Made by a program: the position numbers and the translations under genes | Notes under the pieces: model-generated | What the model saw: only the letters and a program-made list of their open reading frames with translations | Database searches by the model: none | What the model was told of the DNA's origin: nothing | In this document: positions 49,501-63,733 of the stretch, one piece after another | How the letters are laid out: the number at the start of each line of letters is the position of its first letter | Numbering within the stretch: the stretch's first letter is position 1 | Assembly (NCBI GenBank): GCA_024679065.1 | Contig: JAGIQG010000025.1 | Coordinates: 19,344,001-19,408,000, forward strand | DNA length: 64,000 bases | Source: Sphyrna mokarran | Taxonomy: Eukaryota | Direction: 5' to 3'

Positions 49501-51929
49501 TCCTGGCAGTTTCCCCTGTCTGTAAAAGGTTGCGGATGTATTTGAAAAGAACCTTGTAATCTTTTCTGACAGCAGTTCTGGTGCATCCTTTCCCCCCTCA
49601 AAGTCCATCTCCCTGAACCACGTGTTTTGTTTCTAGTTAAAAATACTGACGAGCAATCTTTTAGACCACCAGCCCCAGTCTAAGTCTAACTGTTTACAAA
49701 ACCTGACATTGTTAATGCCTTCCTGGGACTTTGGAGACTAGTAGTTTATCCACTCTCAGCACAAATGCTTCTGCGATTATCTACCAGTGTAAACATCTTG
49801 TACCACCTTCTCTGCAAAAAGTTTGCTGTCAGCAGAATTCAGAATAGGTCACATGACCTCTTCTTCCATTTTTACTCTTTTTAAAAAAAAACAGTCTCAA
49901 GACAACAATCTTTTAAAAACTTGCACTTGAGACAAATAAGTTGTAAATTATTGGAATATAAATCACCAATCTGGCAATGTTTACTTAGAGGATTATTGAA
50001 ATTATATTTTGTATTCTAACATGCAATACTTCATATATTTGATTGGAATTTCCACTCTGCTATGTTTTCCCTTCCATAATAAATGGGTTAGTGCAGTTTG
50101 TGGTGAATGTACAAACTGCTTGTGCTTGAGGTATCCCATTGTGTAATCTCTGCATATTTAATTAGACAATTGATAAAAAAGACACCCTAGTGATTTCATA
50201 TATCCTGTTCTGGAGTTAAATTATTTTTATTTTCGCTCATCAAAATTGCATGCAAGAGGGAGGCAGATCACTTTCCTTTTTAGGCATTCTACATCTGCAT
50301 TTGTTAAGACAGAACTTGGTTAGACATTGGTTTCCTTTATCCCAATTTCAGTAATGTGATTAATTCTCCATTTTAGATTATTACTGTTATACCATTTCCA
50401 TTTCCTATACTGTTCATTCTTGTAACCAGTTTGAAACATTACCATTACATTAGGCACAGTTTTATACTGAAGTATTAGGAATTAGCTTGGGATTGCCCAA
50501 AGTCGTTTTGCATAAAGACCTTGAATTTCTTAGAAACAGTTTGTGTGTATGCTGGGTCTGAGAACATGGATGCAGCTATTGTTGATTTAGCTTTGATTAT
50601 TAAAGTGTGGCTTCAGCAGCAGCATTTTCTAGAAATTGAGCTGAAATCTTGAATTTATTTCCTTTATTATCTTGCATCTTTATATCGTGCTCATCACAAA
50701 TATGCCAAAGTACATAATGTTTGATAACAGTGACTGCACCTATAAAGGAATTTGTTTAGAAATATGGCATTCAAAATCATGCAGGCTGTCAGCTGAATAA
50801 TCTGTTTAATTGTGTGCTTTTGTGTGCTGTTAGTTACCAGTACATTATTAAGATCCCCCTGCACCTAATGGTGCCATGTTCTTGCATCCACTTGAGTCGT
50901 GGTCTTCATTAAAAGATATTTCTACAAATTAATACTTGAGTGCCAGTCCTTTTTTGTATTCCTTCTTGGAGTGAGGCTTCAGCTGAGGTTTTCAATCACA
51001 TTTCATCACATCAATTAATGTCATGTAATAGTTTATGTTTTAAGTAAAATAATAGTGGTATTATTTCCATTCTCTTTGCAAGTGATAATGAATAGGTTGC
51101 AAGTAATATAATGTATATTCTCATATGTGAAGCTGATTGTTCATTTATTTGCTAATAAGTTGGTTATTTTCAAGTAAAGGTAAGATGTCTTACAACGCAC
51201 TGGTTAACAAAAAGATAAGGGGAAAAGAATGGGAAATCAGAAAAGTGATCAACTAAGATGCGGTGTGATAAAATGTTTAACTGTGGGGATTGTGCAAATT
51301 TGTAGTATTTGCCATGGTGGCAGCTTCTGCAAGAGTGATGATAGAATCTGGTTCATTGATGGTGGAATATTGCAGGACTTGTTTCATAAATGGCAGAAGT
51401 AAATGACACTTCATATAACATCTTCACCAGTCCTATTTCCAGTACTGCATTGTGCTTTATTTGTATTTTGAAACAATAGTCAAAAACATAACAATCAGTT
51501 GTATACGTGGAATAATAAATGGCTGGTTACCATGGTGAAGAGCATTTAGGTTCTTCTCTGGATTGGTGGCCATTTGTTCTGTGATATTATTGAGTAGAGA
51601 CTTTGCTTTGTCAGGTGAGATTGTTTAAAAAGATCTAGATAAATGTCGCAGTGCAGCAAAATCAACACTGCTTGGCATTGTGGAAACAACACAAGTCATT
51701 ATTTGCTATCATTATGCTATCTTCTAGCAGCCTGAAGAGAAATAATCAGTGTGTTTTTAGTTTCAGTTCTCGTATAGAAACAGACTATTTTCTGTATTGG
51801 CATGCAACACAGGATTTAAGATCACAGTTAGTTTAATAAATAAATTTGCTTAATTGCTATAGATTAATATAAACCAGTGTTGGTCAATCTTTAAGAATAC
51901 CATTGAAAATACCAAATATCATAATTTCA

Positions 51930-52284
51930 ATAAGGCAGTTGCCAGTTGATGGATTATTGCATGCCCTGTTAAATGACACAGCCATGGTTAAGTTCCAGGA
52001 ACAGACAAAATATGTACTACCTCAGAAGAAAGCTGAGGACAATACCTGAGCATACTAGAGACAGATTCACTTCAAATGAATTATATTGTAGGCTAGATGT
52101 GAGGGAACTTTACAAAGTTAACAGTAGGTACCTTGCAGTTTTTCAGAAGGGTCTAGGGAAAATAGAAGGAACCAAGGCCAAGATCTACTTTAACCTTAGT
52201 GCTACACCTAACCATTTCAGAGACAGATGAGTTCCTTACATTATGTTGAAGAAGCTAGAAGCCTTGAATGCTTGGATATTATAG
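51930..52284 (+). mobile_element. Gypsy LTR retrotransposon pol fragment (pre-RT)
   Basis: AVFQKGLGKIEGTKAKI...PNHFRDR*VPY resembles the Gypsy protease-RT linker. Confidence 0.65.
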
Positions 52285-53840
52285 TTTTCTTTGGCCCTCA
52301 GCGTTGAGGATGACTTGCTTCTACTACATGGAAGCAGTGAAGGTTGGCTTTATGGTGGCTGAATAGTCCGGGCCTGGGCCACAGGTTTGGCAGGTGGTGT
52401 TTGATGAGATGAATGAGACTTTCTGGATTCTATGCTGGCTTTCTGCTGTTTACACATGGCCTCTGCATGCTCCACATAATGTTGAAGTTGATTGCTGCCT
52501 TTGTGGATGTTTCTCTATTTTGTACACTCTAAGACGAGTGATCCCCACATGTTGATGGGAAAGTTGCATCTACTTTGGGAGGTTTTCAGAGTGTCCTTTT
52601 AGCATTTCCTTTGCCCTCCTAGTGATCGAGTGCCAATATGGGGCTCGGAATAGAGCACTTCTGTGTTGGGCATACAGACAATATGGCCCGCCCTTTGCAG
52701 CTGGTCGAGTGTGACCTGTGCCTCAATACTGGGGACGTTGACTTTGGAGGTGACTTGCAAGTTGGTACATCTATCTTGCTGCTGGATTTGCAGGATTTTG
52801 TGGAGGCAAACGTTGGTGATCCCTCTCTAGGAATTTGAGGTGTCTGCTATACATTGTCCATTTTTCTGTGGCATATTGGAGGGCAGGAACCATGGCTGCT
52901 CTATAGACAATGAGCTTGGATTGGATTTGAAGTCTCAGTCTTTGAACGCACTGTTCCTCAAGCATACGAAGGTTGCACAGGAACATTGAAGTTGATGTTG
53001 GATTTCAGTGTCTGTCTGTGCTGAGAGGAGGATCCCAAGGTATAGGAAATGATCCATGGTGTCCAGGGGCTCACCATGAATTTTGATTTGTGTGGCAGGA
53101 GCAGGCTGATAGAAAATTTTGTTTTTCTGGATGTTTATTCTGAGGTCCATTCTCTCATGCGCCTCAGTGAATATGTTGCCAGTGGTTTTCAGCTCGGACT
53201 GTGAATGTGTATTCACAGGAATCGTCTGCATACTGCAGTCAAATGACAGAAGTTGGAGTAGTCTCAATTCTGCTCTAAGGTGTCTGAGGCTGAACAGTTT
53301 GACCACCAGGTTAGCCCCATTACAGTGGAGAGCTTCAGGAAAAGTTAGGGTAGATTGTTGCTACAAGGAATACGGAGGAAAAGCATTGGTGCAATGTTTA
53401 ATTCCATTTTGCATTTGTGGGTTGTGGTGTTTCCATTGGTGAGGATTATGACTTGGATGTTGTCCTAAAACAGGCTGAGAATGATGACGAATTTCTATGG
53501 GCAGCTGAATTTTAGGAGATGTTCCACAATCCTTCACGGTTGATGGATCAAAGAAGGCCAGGTACACAGGTTGATGCCGGTCCCTGCACTTTTCCTGGAT
53601 TTGTCACTTGAAGATCATATCTATTGCACCTCTTGATAGGTGGAAACTGTCTGGAGACTTGAAGGGCTGTTCAGCCACTTGGAGAAGACAATTGAGGATG
53701 ATTCCCATGGCTGAATAATGAAATCCGTCTGTAATTTCTATAGCTGATCTATGTCCTTTTTGAAGATGCTCACAATTAAGGCATCTCTGAAGTCACTTAG
53801 CATGCTCTCTTCCAAACTAGGATGATGAGGTTATGAATTC
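52285..53840 (-). mobile_element. RTE-clade LINE, degenerate; resumes at about 61545-61730
   Basis: MYLAFFD, LRINIQKNKI, FLYLGILLS, VYRAAMVPALQYATEKW; KVSTDGIPTKVLK at about 61.57 kb. Confidence 0.8.
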
Positions 53841-53864
53841 CTATCAAGAGTGTCCCTCTGTTGC

Positions 53865-56800
53865 ACTTTTTTTGATACGTTCTTTGAAAATATTCTTATA
53901 TTCTACAAATAAATACAGATTCATATAGTGCTCACATATACATGCCAACAACTGGGCACAGGGCTCCCTGTGGCCAGAGTACAAGCCCCTGATATCCCCA
54001 GCACCCCCCTGTCTAATTGCACTGGTAATGACGGTAATAAAATAAAAACAAAAAAAGGCATAGGCATGCCACTGGAGAACCACTGAGTGCCCAAACAGCC
54101 CAGGCTATAAACTAGCGAGCAAAGAAAAAGAAAGACAGCAAAGGAGAGAGAAAAAGTGAGGGAGATATGTTCTCTTGTTGGTCCCACACCTCAGCAGGGT
54201 GGGCGAGTGTACTCGGGTAAAGGGCCAGGACGTCAACACCAACTGGGGGGAGTTCTGTGGGAGCACCCGGGGTCCTTACGGAAACGTTGTGGAACGTTAG
54301 TGGCCGCTACGGAAACATGATTGCCGGGGGACAAGGACTGGGAGCTGAATGTTCATGGCTATCAGGTGTTTAGGAAGGATAGACAGGAGGAAAAAGGGGG
54401 TGGGGTGGCTTTGTTGATTAAGGATAGTGTCAGGGCGGTGGTAAGAAGGATATAGGTCCCAAAGAGAAAATGTGGAATCGCTGTGGGTGGAGATAAAAAA
54501 AAAAATAAGGAGGGGAGGAAGACGCTGGTGGTTGTGTCTATAGGCCCCCAAATAACAACTTTGAGGTGGGAAGGGCTATAAACAAAAATAAGAGATACAT
54601 GCAGAAATGGGACAGTGTTAGTAATGGGTGATTTCAATCTGCATATTGACTGGGCGATGCAAGTCGGACACGGTGGGCTGGAGGAAGAGTTTTTGGAATG
54701 CTGTAGGGATGAGTTCCTTGAACAGCTTGTTACGGAACCGACGAGAGAGCATGCTATCTTAGATCTGATACTATGTAATGAGGTAGGTGGAATTAAGGAT
54801 ATTCGTGTGAGGGATCCTCTAGGGATGAGTGATCATAGTATGGTAGAATTTATGATTCAGATGGAGGATGAGGTAGTAGTGTCCCAGACCTGTGTACTAT
54901 GCTTGAACAGAGGGGACTATGATAGGATGAGAGAGGAATTAGCGACTGTGGATTGGAGGAGTGCGCTGATTGGTAGGACGGCTAGGAAACAGTGGGGGAT
55001 TTTTAAAGAGATCTTTTTCAGTACTCAGCAAAAATATATTCCGATGGTGAAGAAGGACTGTAGGAGAAGGGAAACTCAGCCATGGTTCTCCAAGGAAATT
55101 AAGGAGAGTATTAAATCAAAAGCTGAGGCATTCTGAACAGCTAAAAATAGTGGGCGATCAGAGGATTGGGAAAGTTTCAAATAACAGCGAAGAGTGACTA
55201 AAAAGGAAAGATAGAATATGAGGCTAAACTAGCTCAAAACATCAAAAAGGACAGTAAGAGTTTTTATAAATATGTAAAGAATAGGAGGATGGCCAGAGTT
55301 AATGTAGGACCCTTGGAGGATGAGTGGGGTGGTTTAATGGTGGATAACAGGGATATGGCGGAGACCTTGAATAAGTTTTTTTGTCGTCTTTACAGAGGAG
55401 GATGTAAATAGCTTGCCCGAAATTAAGGATAGAAAGGTGGTAGGAGATGAGGTCCTTGAGATTACAGTCACTAGAGAGGTGGTGCTTGATAGGCTAATGG
55501 GGCTGAGGGCAGGTAAGTCCCCGGGACTGGATGGAATGCATCCCACGGTTCTCAAGGAAATGGCAGAGGTGATAGCGGATGCCCTGGTAATTATCTTTCA
55601 AAATTTGCTGGATTCCGGAAAATTGGAAAACGGCTAATGTTACGCCGCTGTTTAAAAAAGATAGCAGACAGAAGGCAGGGAACTATAGGCCGATTAGTTT
55701 AATGTCTGTAGTAGGAAAAATGCTTGAATCTGTCGTCAAAGCAGAAATAACGAGGCACCTGGATACGAACTGTTTGATCAGGCAGACATAGCATGGATTT
55801 GTTAAGGGGAAGTTGTGCTTGACGAATTTATTGGAGTTCCATGAGGAAGTGACTAGTGCGGTAGATAGAGGGAAACCGGTGGATGTGGTGTTTTTGGATT
55901 TCCTTAAAGCATTTGAAAAGGTGCCTCACAAAAGATTGCTGCAGAAGGTTAAGGTGCAGGGAGTTGGAGGTAGGGTATTAGACTGGACAGAGGAATGGTT
56001 GTGTAATAGGAAGCAGAGGGTAGGTATTAATGGGTGCTATTCTGATTGGCAGCTAGTGACTAGTGGAGTGCCCCAGGGTTTGGTGCTGGGGCCTCAATTA
56101 TTTACCATTTACATAGCCCCTTCCTCCAGATCATCTATGTGTAGGGTGACAAAATTTGCTGATGACATGAAGATGAGTGGAAAAGCAAATTGCGCGGAAG
56201 GTGTGGAAAGCCTGCAGAGGGATCTGGATAGGTTAAGTGAGTGGGCAAGGACCTGGCAGATGGAGTATAATGTTAGCAAGTGTGAGGTTATCCACTTTGG
56301 TAGGAATAACGGTAGGAGGGATTACTATTTAAATGGCAAAGTTGCAGCATGCAACGGTGCAGAGGGACCTGGGGGTCCTTGTGCACGAATCGCAAAAACA
56401 CAGTATGCAGGTGCAGCAGGTGATTAAGAAGGCAAATGCAATGTTGGCCTTTATAGCTAGGGGGATAGAATATAAAAGTAGGGAGGTTCTGTTGCAGCTG
56501 TATAGGGTGCTGGTGAGGCTGCAGCTGGAGTACTGTGCAGTTTTGGTTGCCGCATTGGAGGAAGGATATATTGGCCTTGGAGGGGGTGCAGAGAAGGTTT
56601 ACTAGGCTGATGCTGGAGATGAGGGCGTTGGATTATGAGGAGAGACTGAATAGACTAGGTTTGTACTGTTTGGAGTTGAGGGCTGAGAGGGGATCTTATA
56701 GAGATGTATAAGATAATGAAAGGGATGAATAGGCTAGAGGTTGAGAGACCCTTCCCGCTTTGCCAAAGATAGCAGGACTGGAGGGCACAGCCTCAAGATT

Positions 56801-59800
56801 AGGGGGTTGGTTCAGATCGGAGTTGCGGAGGGGTTTCTTCACGCAAAGGGTGGTGAATCTTTGGAATTCTCTGCCTGATGAGGTGGTGGAGGTTTCCTCA
56901 TTGAATATGTTCAAGTCAAGAGTGGATAGGTTTTTGATTGACAAGGGAATTAAGGGTTATGGGAAGAAAGCGGGAAAGTGGTACTGAACCACTACAGATC
57001 AGCCATGATCTTACTGAAATGGCAGGGCAGGCTCGAGGGGCTGTCTGGCCTACTGCTCCTATTTCTTGTTATGTCCTAGGACTATTGGACAGCTACTGAT
57101 CTGGCTCTAACTGCAGCATCCCAACGTGCGCTATAAATGGTTGCTAGGTCTTTTAGAACCTAGCAGTGTAGTGCGTACCTCATCGTCTCCAGCTCGATGG
57201 TACCTACCACTACCATCACCCATTGTAAGTGTGTTGGAGGAGCACCTGATTTCAACTGAAACAGGATTAATCATCTTGCCAGGAATGTAGTGAAAGCTAC
57301 AAAATCCACTTGCAATTTCGATAGCGGTGGATTTAAAGGGCACGACGCCAAACAGGGCACCCTGGAAAATACACTTATGTCCTGATCTAGCATTACCTCA
57401 TTTGTCTCAGATCGGTGTCTAGTAATTATACAGTGATGGGCAAGGTCAGAACATATGGAAGAGGTGGCAGGAACTTGGTGGCGCTATTCACAAATGGGGC
57501 TTGTGCCTGGCTACATTCTAGAGAGTCTCACCCTTGTTAGATGTGCTCTGTGAAGGAGTCGCATCCAACTTAACACATATTGAGGAGCGTACTCTACAGC
57601 ATGTCCCAATCTTCCTCTGAAAACTCCTCCCCCCAGTCTTGTTCCCATAAAGATTTAGTCACTGACAGTTTTGGGACAGAATTTCTAAATAAATAGAAAT
57701 GATACCATGCATAGTAATAGAAGCCACTAAGAAAACGTCAATGAAGGCACAAGATGGGAGTATTGGAAATTGGGGATTGGTCCTATACACAAGGTTTTGA
57801 ATTTGCAAATATCTGAAAGTGCATTGCAGGTAAAGCAAACTTATCCACGATCTGCTGGAATGACACAAACACGTAAACAACATACAAGGCCTGGAATGTT
57901 CTGATCCCATGCTTGGTCCATATCTTGAAGGCACCATCCAAAACAAATGAGGAAAAACATGGTTAGCCAACACTGGCAAGACTGGCTAAAGTGATGTCCA
58001 AATTCTAAGATTTGACTTGACAAGTGACTCCTAATATACTGGGAGGAGGGAAAATTTATTGGGTAACTTATCAAGGCAGCCAGGGAAGATGAAGCACAGA
58101 AGGAAGATTCCAACTGTAGCCAACAAGGAACCTTCTGTTGCCTCTCTCCCTACACCCAACACAATATACTGTCATGTTGGCTGCCCAATATAAAAGAGGA
58201 AATTGGGAATCCCATACTCTCTTCCCATTTATATCTTTGTAAGACTGTCCTTCATATTCTTGCATTTTTCCTACTCCAGACAAAGCTTGAAATGAGTTGA
58301 TTAAGTCTGTGAAGAAAGGATTTGGGGATGAACACTGAGATGCACTGAAAGAGATATAAAAACTTAGTATGTTCACTTTCACTGCATTGATATGGCACAC
58401 TAACGATAACGGTAGGGTGGACCAACATTTTGAGGTCCTGTTCCATCCATGAGTGAAGCAAAGTTAGCTCAAAAAAGCCCACTAAATTTGCTAATCACTT
58501 GCACTCCCAAGTAAATAAGCTGCCTAGTGACAATCTTGAAAGGCAGCGTGTGAAGCAGGAGGGTACAAGCCTGGTGTGGTAGACTTTTGGCAGAGAATTG
58601 GTGCAACTGAAGAGCTAGTAGCTTGCTTGCCTTGTCCCCATGCTGATAATGTGTTTACCTAAATTTGAACAGCACCTCTTCTGCTTGATGTGAGGATAAT
58701 GTCTCAAAACACTACCTGTAGTGGTAAACATTTGTTATATACCTCTGGGGATACGAGACATTAACTTGGATGATGCGCCCCAGCAATTCCGATTAACCTC
58801 CTATCTCTCTGCTTCACCTTGTGTCTGAATAAGATGTGATCTGGCTTCTCAACCCTTCAATGTCTCCTGTAAAGTAGCTGCCGAGACTCCTGGAATATTG
58901 TTAAACTCTAAGAAATCATCGATCTGGGTTAACAGAAATCTAACAAATTCATCATTAGAGAGCAAATGAGTATTAAATTGCCAAGGTATATAGAGACCCA
59001 CCCTCCTCCCCCACTACCAAGTCCATTGTCAAGGGATCATGGTCCGATATTACAATGGTCTCATAGGAGCAAGAGCACACAACCGGCAGCAACTTATTGA
59101 TGGGACAATAATCTATACGCGAATACCATAAAAACCATACATTCGATGGACAGGTGAAAAAAAATCCCTACTTGTGGGGTTAAAAAACCTTCATGGGTCC
59201 AACACTGCATATTCCACAAGAAATGATTTTCAATTTCTGCCGACTTGGAAGATATAGTGGTCCTGGGAGAGAAGTGGTCCAGGACAGGATTCAACCAACA
59301 GTTGAAATCTCCAGCTAGTATCGACTAATGTGAATTCAAATCTGGAAGTAGCATGAGAAACAACTGGAAAAAGTTTTCAGTCCCAGTCTGGGATATAGAT
59401 ATTGGCTGACATCAGGGGTGTCTCATAATTTACCCATGAGTGACATATCAGTCATTTGAGTCAGAAATGATATTGGCTACTACCAGGGGTAAGAATTTGT
59501 GGATGAGCATGCCATCCCCTGCACCTTGATGTGAAAAGTTGAATGAAAGCATTGATGCCCCATCCTGTATGATTCCTTAAATAGTCCACTGGCCTGAGGT
59601 GGGCCTCTTGGAGGAATGCAATTTGGGTACCCAGTTGTTGAAAATGTTGAAATATCTTGCAGCGCTTAACCAGATGATTTAATCCCCTGACATTGCAGTT
59701 AGTGAACTTGATTGCTGTGAGGTCAGGATGCAAGGGTCTCCCAGCCAGCATCCCACATTTCTAACAGTAGTCTGGTAATCTCTCCTCCCTGCGGAGTTTC

Positions 59801-61290
59801 CCCCACAACCGCTGACATTGACAGACTCCATGTGCCAGGGCCCCACCCCTCACCCTCTCCACCAGCTACAGGGAGCCAACCACAAGAGTGTGTGGGCTTG
59901 CAAGAGGCTAAATCACACTCACAGAAATGATACAGCAAAGACACAAAAACATTTTCAAACAGTGTCCCTCACCATCCCCACACGCGCCCTCCCAAACGTG
60001 TGGCGTCTCCAGGTGTTGGAGGCGGCTGTTTCTCTCAACACCTCCTTATCACAGTGCCTTCACGGCACTCCATGTGAGACACAATCTCCACCTCCATTCC
60101 CATTGCAATTACGGATGCTTTAACCCCAGAGGTCTGTAGAAATACCTAACACTTAACCTACGATGGCAAAACCCATTTCCTTTCCTGGTTGACGATTCGA
60201 TTCTGTAGCATGCAGGTTCATAAAAAAAAAAATCGGTTTACATCCACTGTGTTGTCAGCCAATTCAGATGTTTGCTGCACAAATTTCATTGCTACCGCTG
60301 GATCTGTGAACTTTTGCTCAGCTCCATTGTTGAGAGTAATCCTCAAGCATGCTGGAAAGTGAAGCCCAAACTTGACTCCAGGACAGTCACGCAGAAATCT
60401 TTTTGACATCAGTGATGGCCGCCCTTCTCCTTGCCACCACTGGGGTAAAATCTGGAACTGTGCACTGCTTGCCACAGGATTCTGTCTTGTGCTGAGGTAT
60501 AATGTATTCATGCAATATTGGGTTGAGGAGCCCTGCTTGGGCTTTGCCTGTAACACTGCATTATCCAGAAGCCGCTCGTGTTCCAGCATGTTCCTGAGTA
60601 GCTGGGTGAAAAGTCTGTGACATTTAGGCTCTCAATGCCCTCCAGAAGGCCTATCAGACGGATCTTATTTTTGTCTTTGACGTCCTTCCAATTCATCCTG
60701 TTTCTCCCTTCGAGACTTAACCTCCAATGTTAAATGAGTAACTCGGCTCTTCGGTTCTGAGATAGTGATTCCACTAAATGCCCTCAAGTTCCTTCAATCG
60801 TTTCTCATGGGCGATGGTGACATCTTAGAAATTTAACAGATGATCTGAGCTTCCCTCTCAGCTCGTCTATCTTGGCTTGCAATCCTGGCCCACCATCTGA
60901 CTTTCCAATCTTTGCATGGTCCCTTACTTTACCCTTAATTGGGCGAACAGAAGCAGCCAAGTGTTTCCACCTGAGTTGCAAGTTGCAATCCTCCTTCATT
61001 TTAATTCACCCTTGATTGGGTGAAAAAAGAAATAGCGGTGTCCCTGGGTTGATCTGACAGTTGTAGTTGTTATGACACATGAGTTCTTCACTGGACTGCC
61101 ACCCATCCTAAACCAATTTACACTTGACTGAGTGAAAAAACTGAGATGGTTCCAAGCTGAACTGCAAATCCCAACATGTCCCTCATAAGAGCTCTAGCTG
61201 CAAAAAAAATCCAAAAGTAGAAATATCTTTATTCTTCGAGCAGCTAGCAACTTGCAGCAAGACCTCAATGGTTCCTGCTTCCCATTTTAA
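53865..61290 (-). mobile_element. Near full-length degenerate L1-clade LINE, interrupted by CR1
   Basis: ORF1 remnants KNKIRLIGLLEGIE and FGLHFPACLRIT; EN NVRGLNHLVKR...IAFLQEAHL; C-terminal LAR*LILF; A-rich tail at about 53865. Confidence 0.75.
54290..57078 (+). mobile_element. CR1 LINE with EN and RT (frameshifted)
   Basis: GGVALL, VMGDFN, LDLIL, SDH, KSPGLDG, GVPQG, KFADD and CR1 tail. Confidence 0.92.
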
Positions 61291-61789
61291 TTCACCCTTG
61301 CGTGAAAAAAGAACAGAGTTTGCAGAGAGCCCACAGCAAATTCCAATTGGCAGAACAGAATCTAAAAATAACCCTTTCCAGCTCAACTTTAAATGTTCTC
61401 CCTGCAGCTACACTCCAAATATATTTAAGGCTTGCTTGATGTACATTAACCCCTCTTCAGACCTCAAACAGCTGGATTTCAAGAAGGATCTCGCCACCTG
61501 TGGATCATGTTTTCTTTCACACTAGCGCCATCTTTGATTCCTCTCTGCCACATTTTAATACTTTAGTGGGGATTCCATCTGTGGACACCTTGTTGGTTTT
61601 TTTGCTGTCAGATGGTATTTTCGACCGCATGGTGAGTTGGTTTTGTGCTGGTGGCAGATAGCATGTTGCGTGATGAGCAGTGCCTACACTACATATTGGG
61701 TATAATAAGGCCTGTGCAATTTGCTGAATAGGCTGCATCAGTAGTTCTTGTTCTTGAATTTGACCAGCTTGTCTTTTTGTGACTATAAA

Positions 61790-63700
61790 CTGACAGTTAC
61801 TCAGGACTCCAAATTCAATAGGTATCTCATAACTTAGCATAGAAATCTTTGATCCAATTAACGGGAGCAAGATGTTCTCCAAGTTGGACATGAGCCAAGC
61901 CTACCTTGAACTTGAGTTTGAACTGGATGAGTCCGTCAGAAAATATGTAACATCGTTTCACATAACGGACTCTGAGTATACCTGTTTTCCCTTTGGAGTC
62001 TCGTCAATGTGGGCCATCTTCCAAAAAATTACGGAGAACATTCATCAAGAGCTATCCAAAGTAGCAGAGCACTTAGATGATCTTCATTTGAAGAGGAAGA
62101 AGTGTTTTTTTTTTCGAGCGACCAAAGTAAACTATTTAGGCTACCAAGTAGATGGCAAGGGATTATATCTAATAGAGGATAAGGTAAAGGCTATCAAGGA
62201 AGCACCAACCACAAGAACAGCACAGTTAAAATCCTTCCTGGAATTCATCAGTTACTATGGAAAATCATCTGTCCTAAATTTGCTTTCTGTTCTGGCCACC
62301 TTGCATACCCTGCTCAAAAATACTATACGGAGAGCATCCTGGAAGCTCCACAGGCAGAGGCTTTTTTCAAATTAAACATCATTACAGTTATCTAATTTAC
62401 TGGACCATTTTGACCCTGAGAAATAACTAACTTTCAACTTGTGATGCTTCACCATACAAGGTTGGTATGATGTTGTCACATGGCTGAAAATATGGGATGG
62501 AAAAACCCATTGCATATGCCTCCAGGACCCTTTTTAGATCTGAAACAAAGGTATTCTCAAACTGAGAAGGAAGGGTTAGCTGATGTATTTGGTGTGAAGA
62601 ACTTCCATCAATACATGTATTTTTTTTATATACTTACCAACCATAAACCCTTACTGGGTCTCTTCAAAGAGCACAAGGCAATTCCCCTCATTACCTCCAC
62701 TTGGGTACAAGGCTGGACCTTGTTATTGGCAGTCTCAGAATATCTTCTGGAACATTACCCTGGAATATTGATAGCTAACACTAATGCTGAGTTGCCTCCC
62801 ATTGCCCACAAGCCTGGCTTCTTTGCCAGCATTGGAAAAGGTTGTGATGACTCTGGAGACTTTGTTAGCAAGGCAGATTAAAATCTAAACTCAAAAATCC
62901 AATGATATCTAAAATAAGGCGCATGATCCTATATTATGGATTCTAAAGATAGCCTTATTAAGATCTACCTTATTAAGAAAGCTGAACTTTGTGTTGAAGA
63001 TGGGATCACTCTTTGAGAATCTAAGTAATTCTGCCCCAAGACAATGCCCAATATTAAGGGAACTCTGCCTGGGATTATCAAAAACAGAAGATGCTGGCTA
63101 GGAGTTGCATCTAGTGGCCAGATCTTGACTGGTGAAGCGATGTGACTTGTGCAGGAAAAACAAAACCCCTTGGCCTCTTCCTCCCTGCACCCACAGGAAT
63201 GGTCTAACAGGCCATGGGTGCATATGCATGTGTGCTTTGCAAGCCCCTTTTATGGGTTCCATGTTTGTAATCATCTTGGTCGCACATTCCCAAATGCTTG
63301 GAGATGTATTGTCTAAATTCCATGGCATTTCAGGATATGATCCAGAAATTACATCAGGGCTTCAATACAACACAATATCAGAAATCCTCTTCTGATAAGG
63401 GCATAGCCTTGACTAATGGTCATTTCCAGAACTTTGTGCTCTTCAATGGTGTCCGACATGTCCGAATTGCACTTTACCACCCGTTGGTCAAATGGGCTGG
63501 CAGAACGGGTGGTTCAAACTTTTAAAAAATGGTATGAAGAAACAGCCAGTGGCAGCTGTGGAGATTGAACTGGCATAATTTTTGTTTGATTATAGGACTA
63601 TACCACTATCAACAACAGGTGTTGCTTCAATGGAATTGCTAAAAGCACATTTTGTGCCAGATTGAACCTGCTATTCCTAAACTTGACAGGAGGTGAAATT
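61790..63700 (+). mobile_element. Gypsy pol remnant (RT, RNase H, integrase)
   Basis: FSKLDMSQAY, FPFGVSS, YLGY, YSQTEKEGLA, TNHKPL, APFMG, RIALYHP. Confidence 0.85.
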
Positions 63701-63702
63701 CC

Positions 63703-63733
<31 letters not shown>

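Noticed and set aside
61490-61535. CTCF-like words cgccacctgtgg and tagcgccatct
   Set aside because: Spacing or core mismatches, and located at transposon junctions
63-63525. Most 60-130 aa ORFs in the supplied track
   Set aside because: Random ORFs or antisense/frameshifted pieces of retroelements, with no splice or homology support
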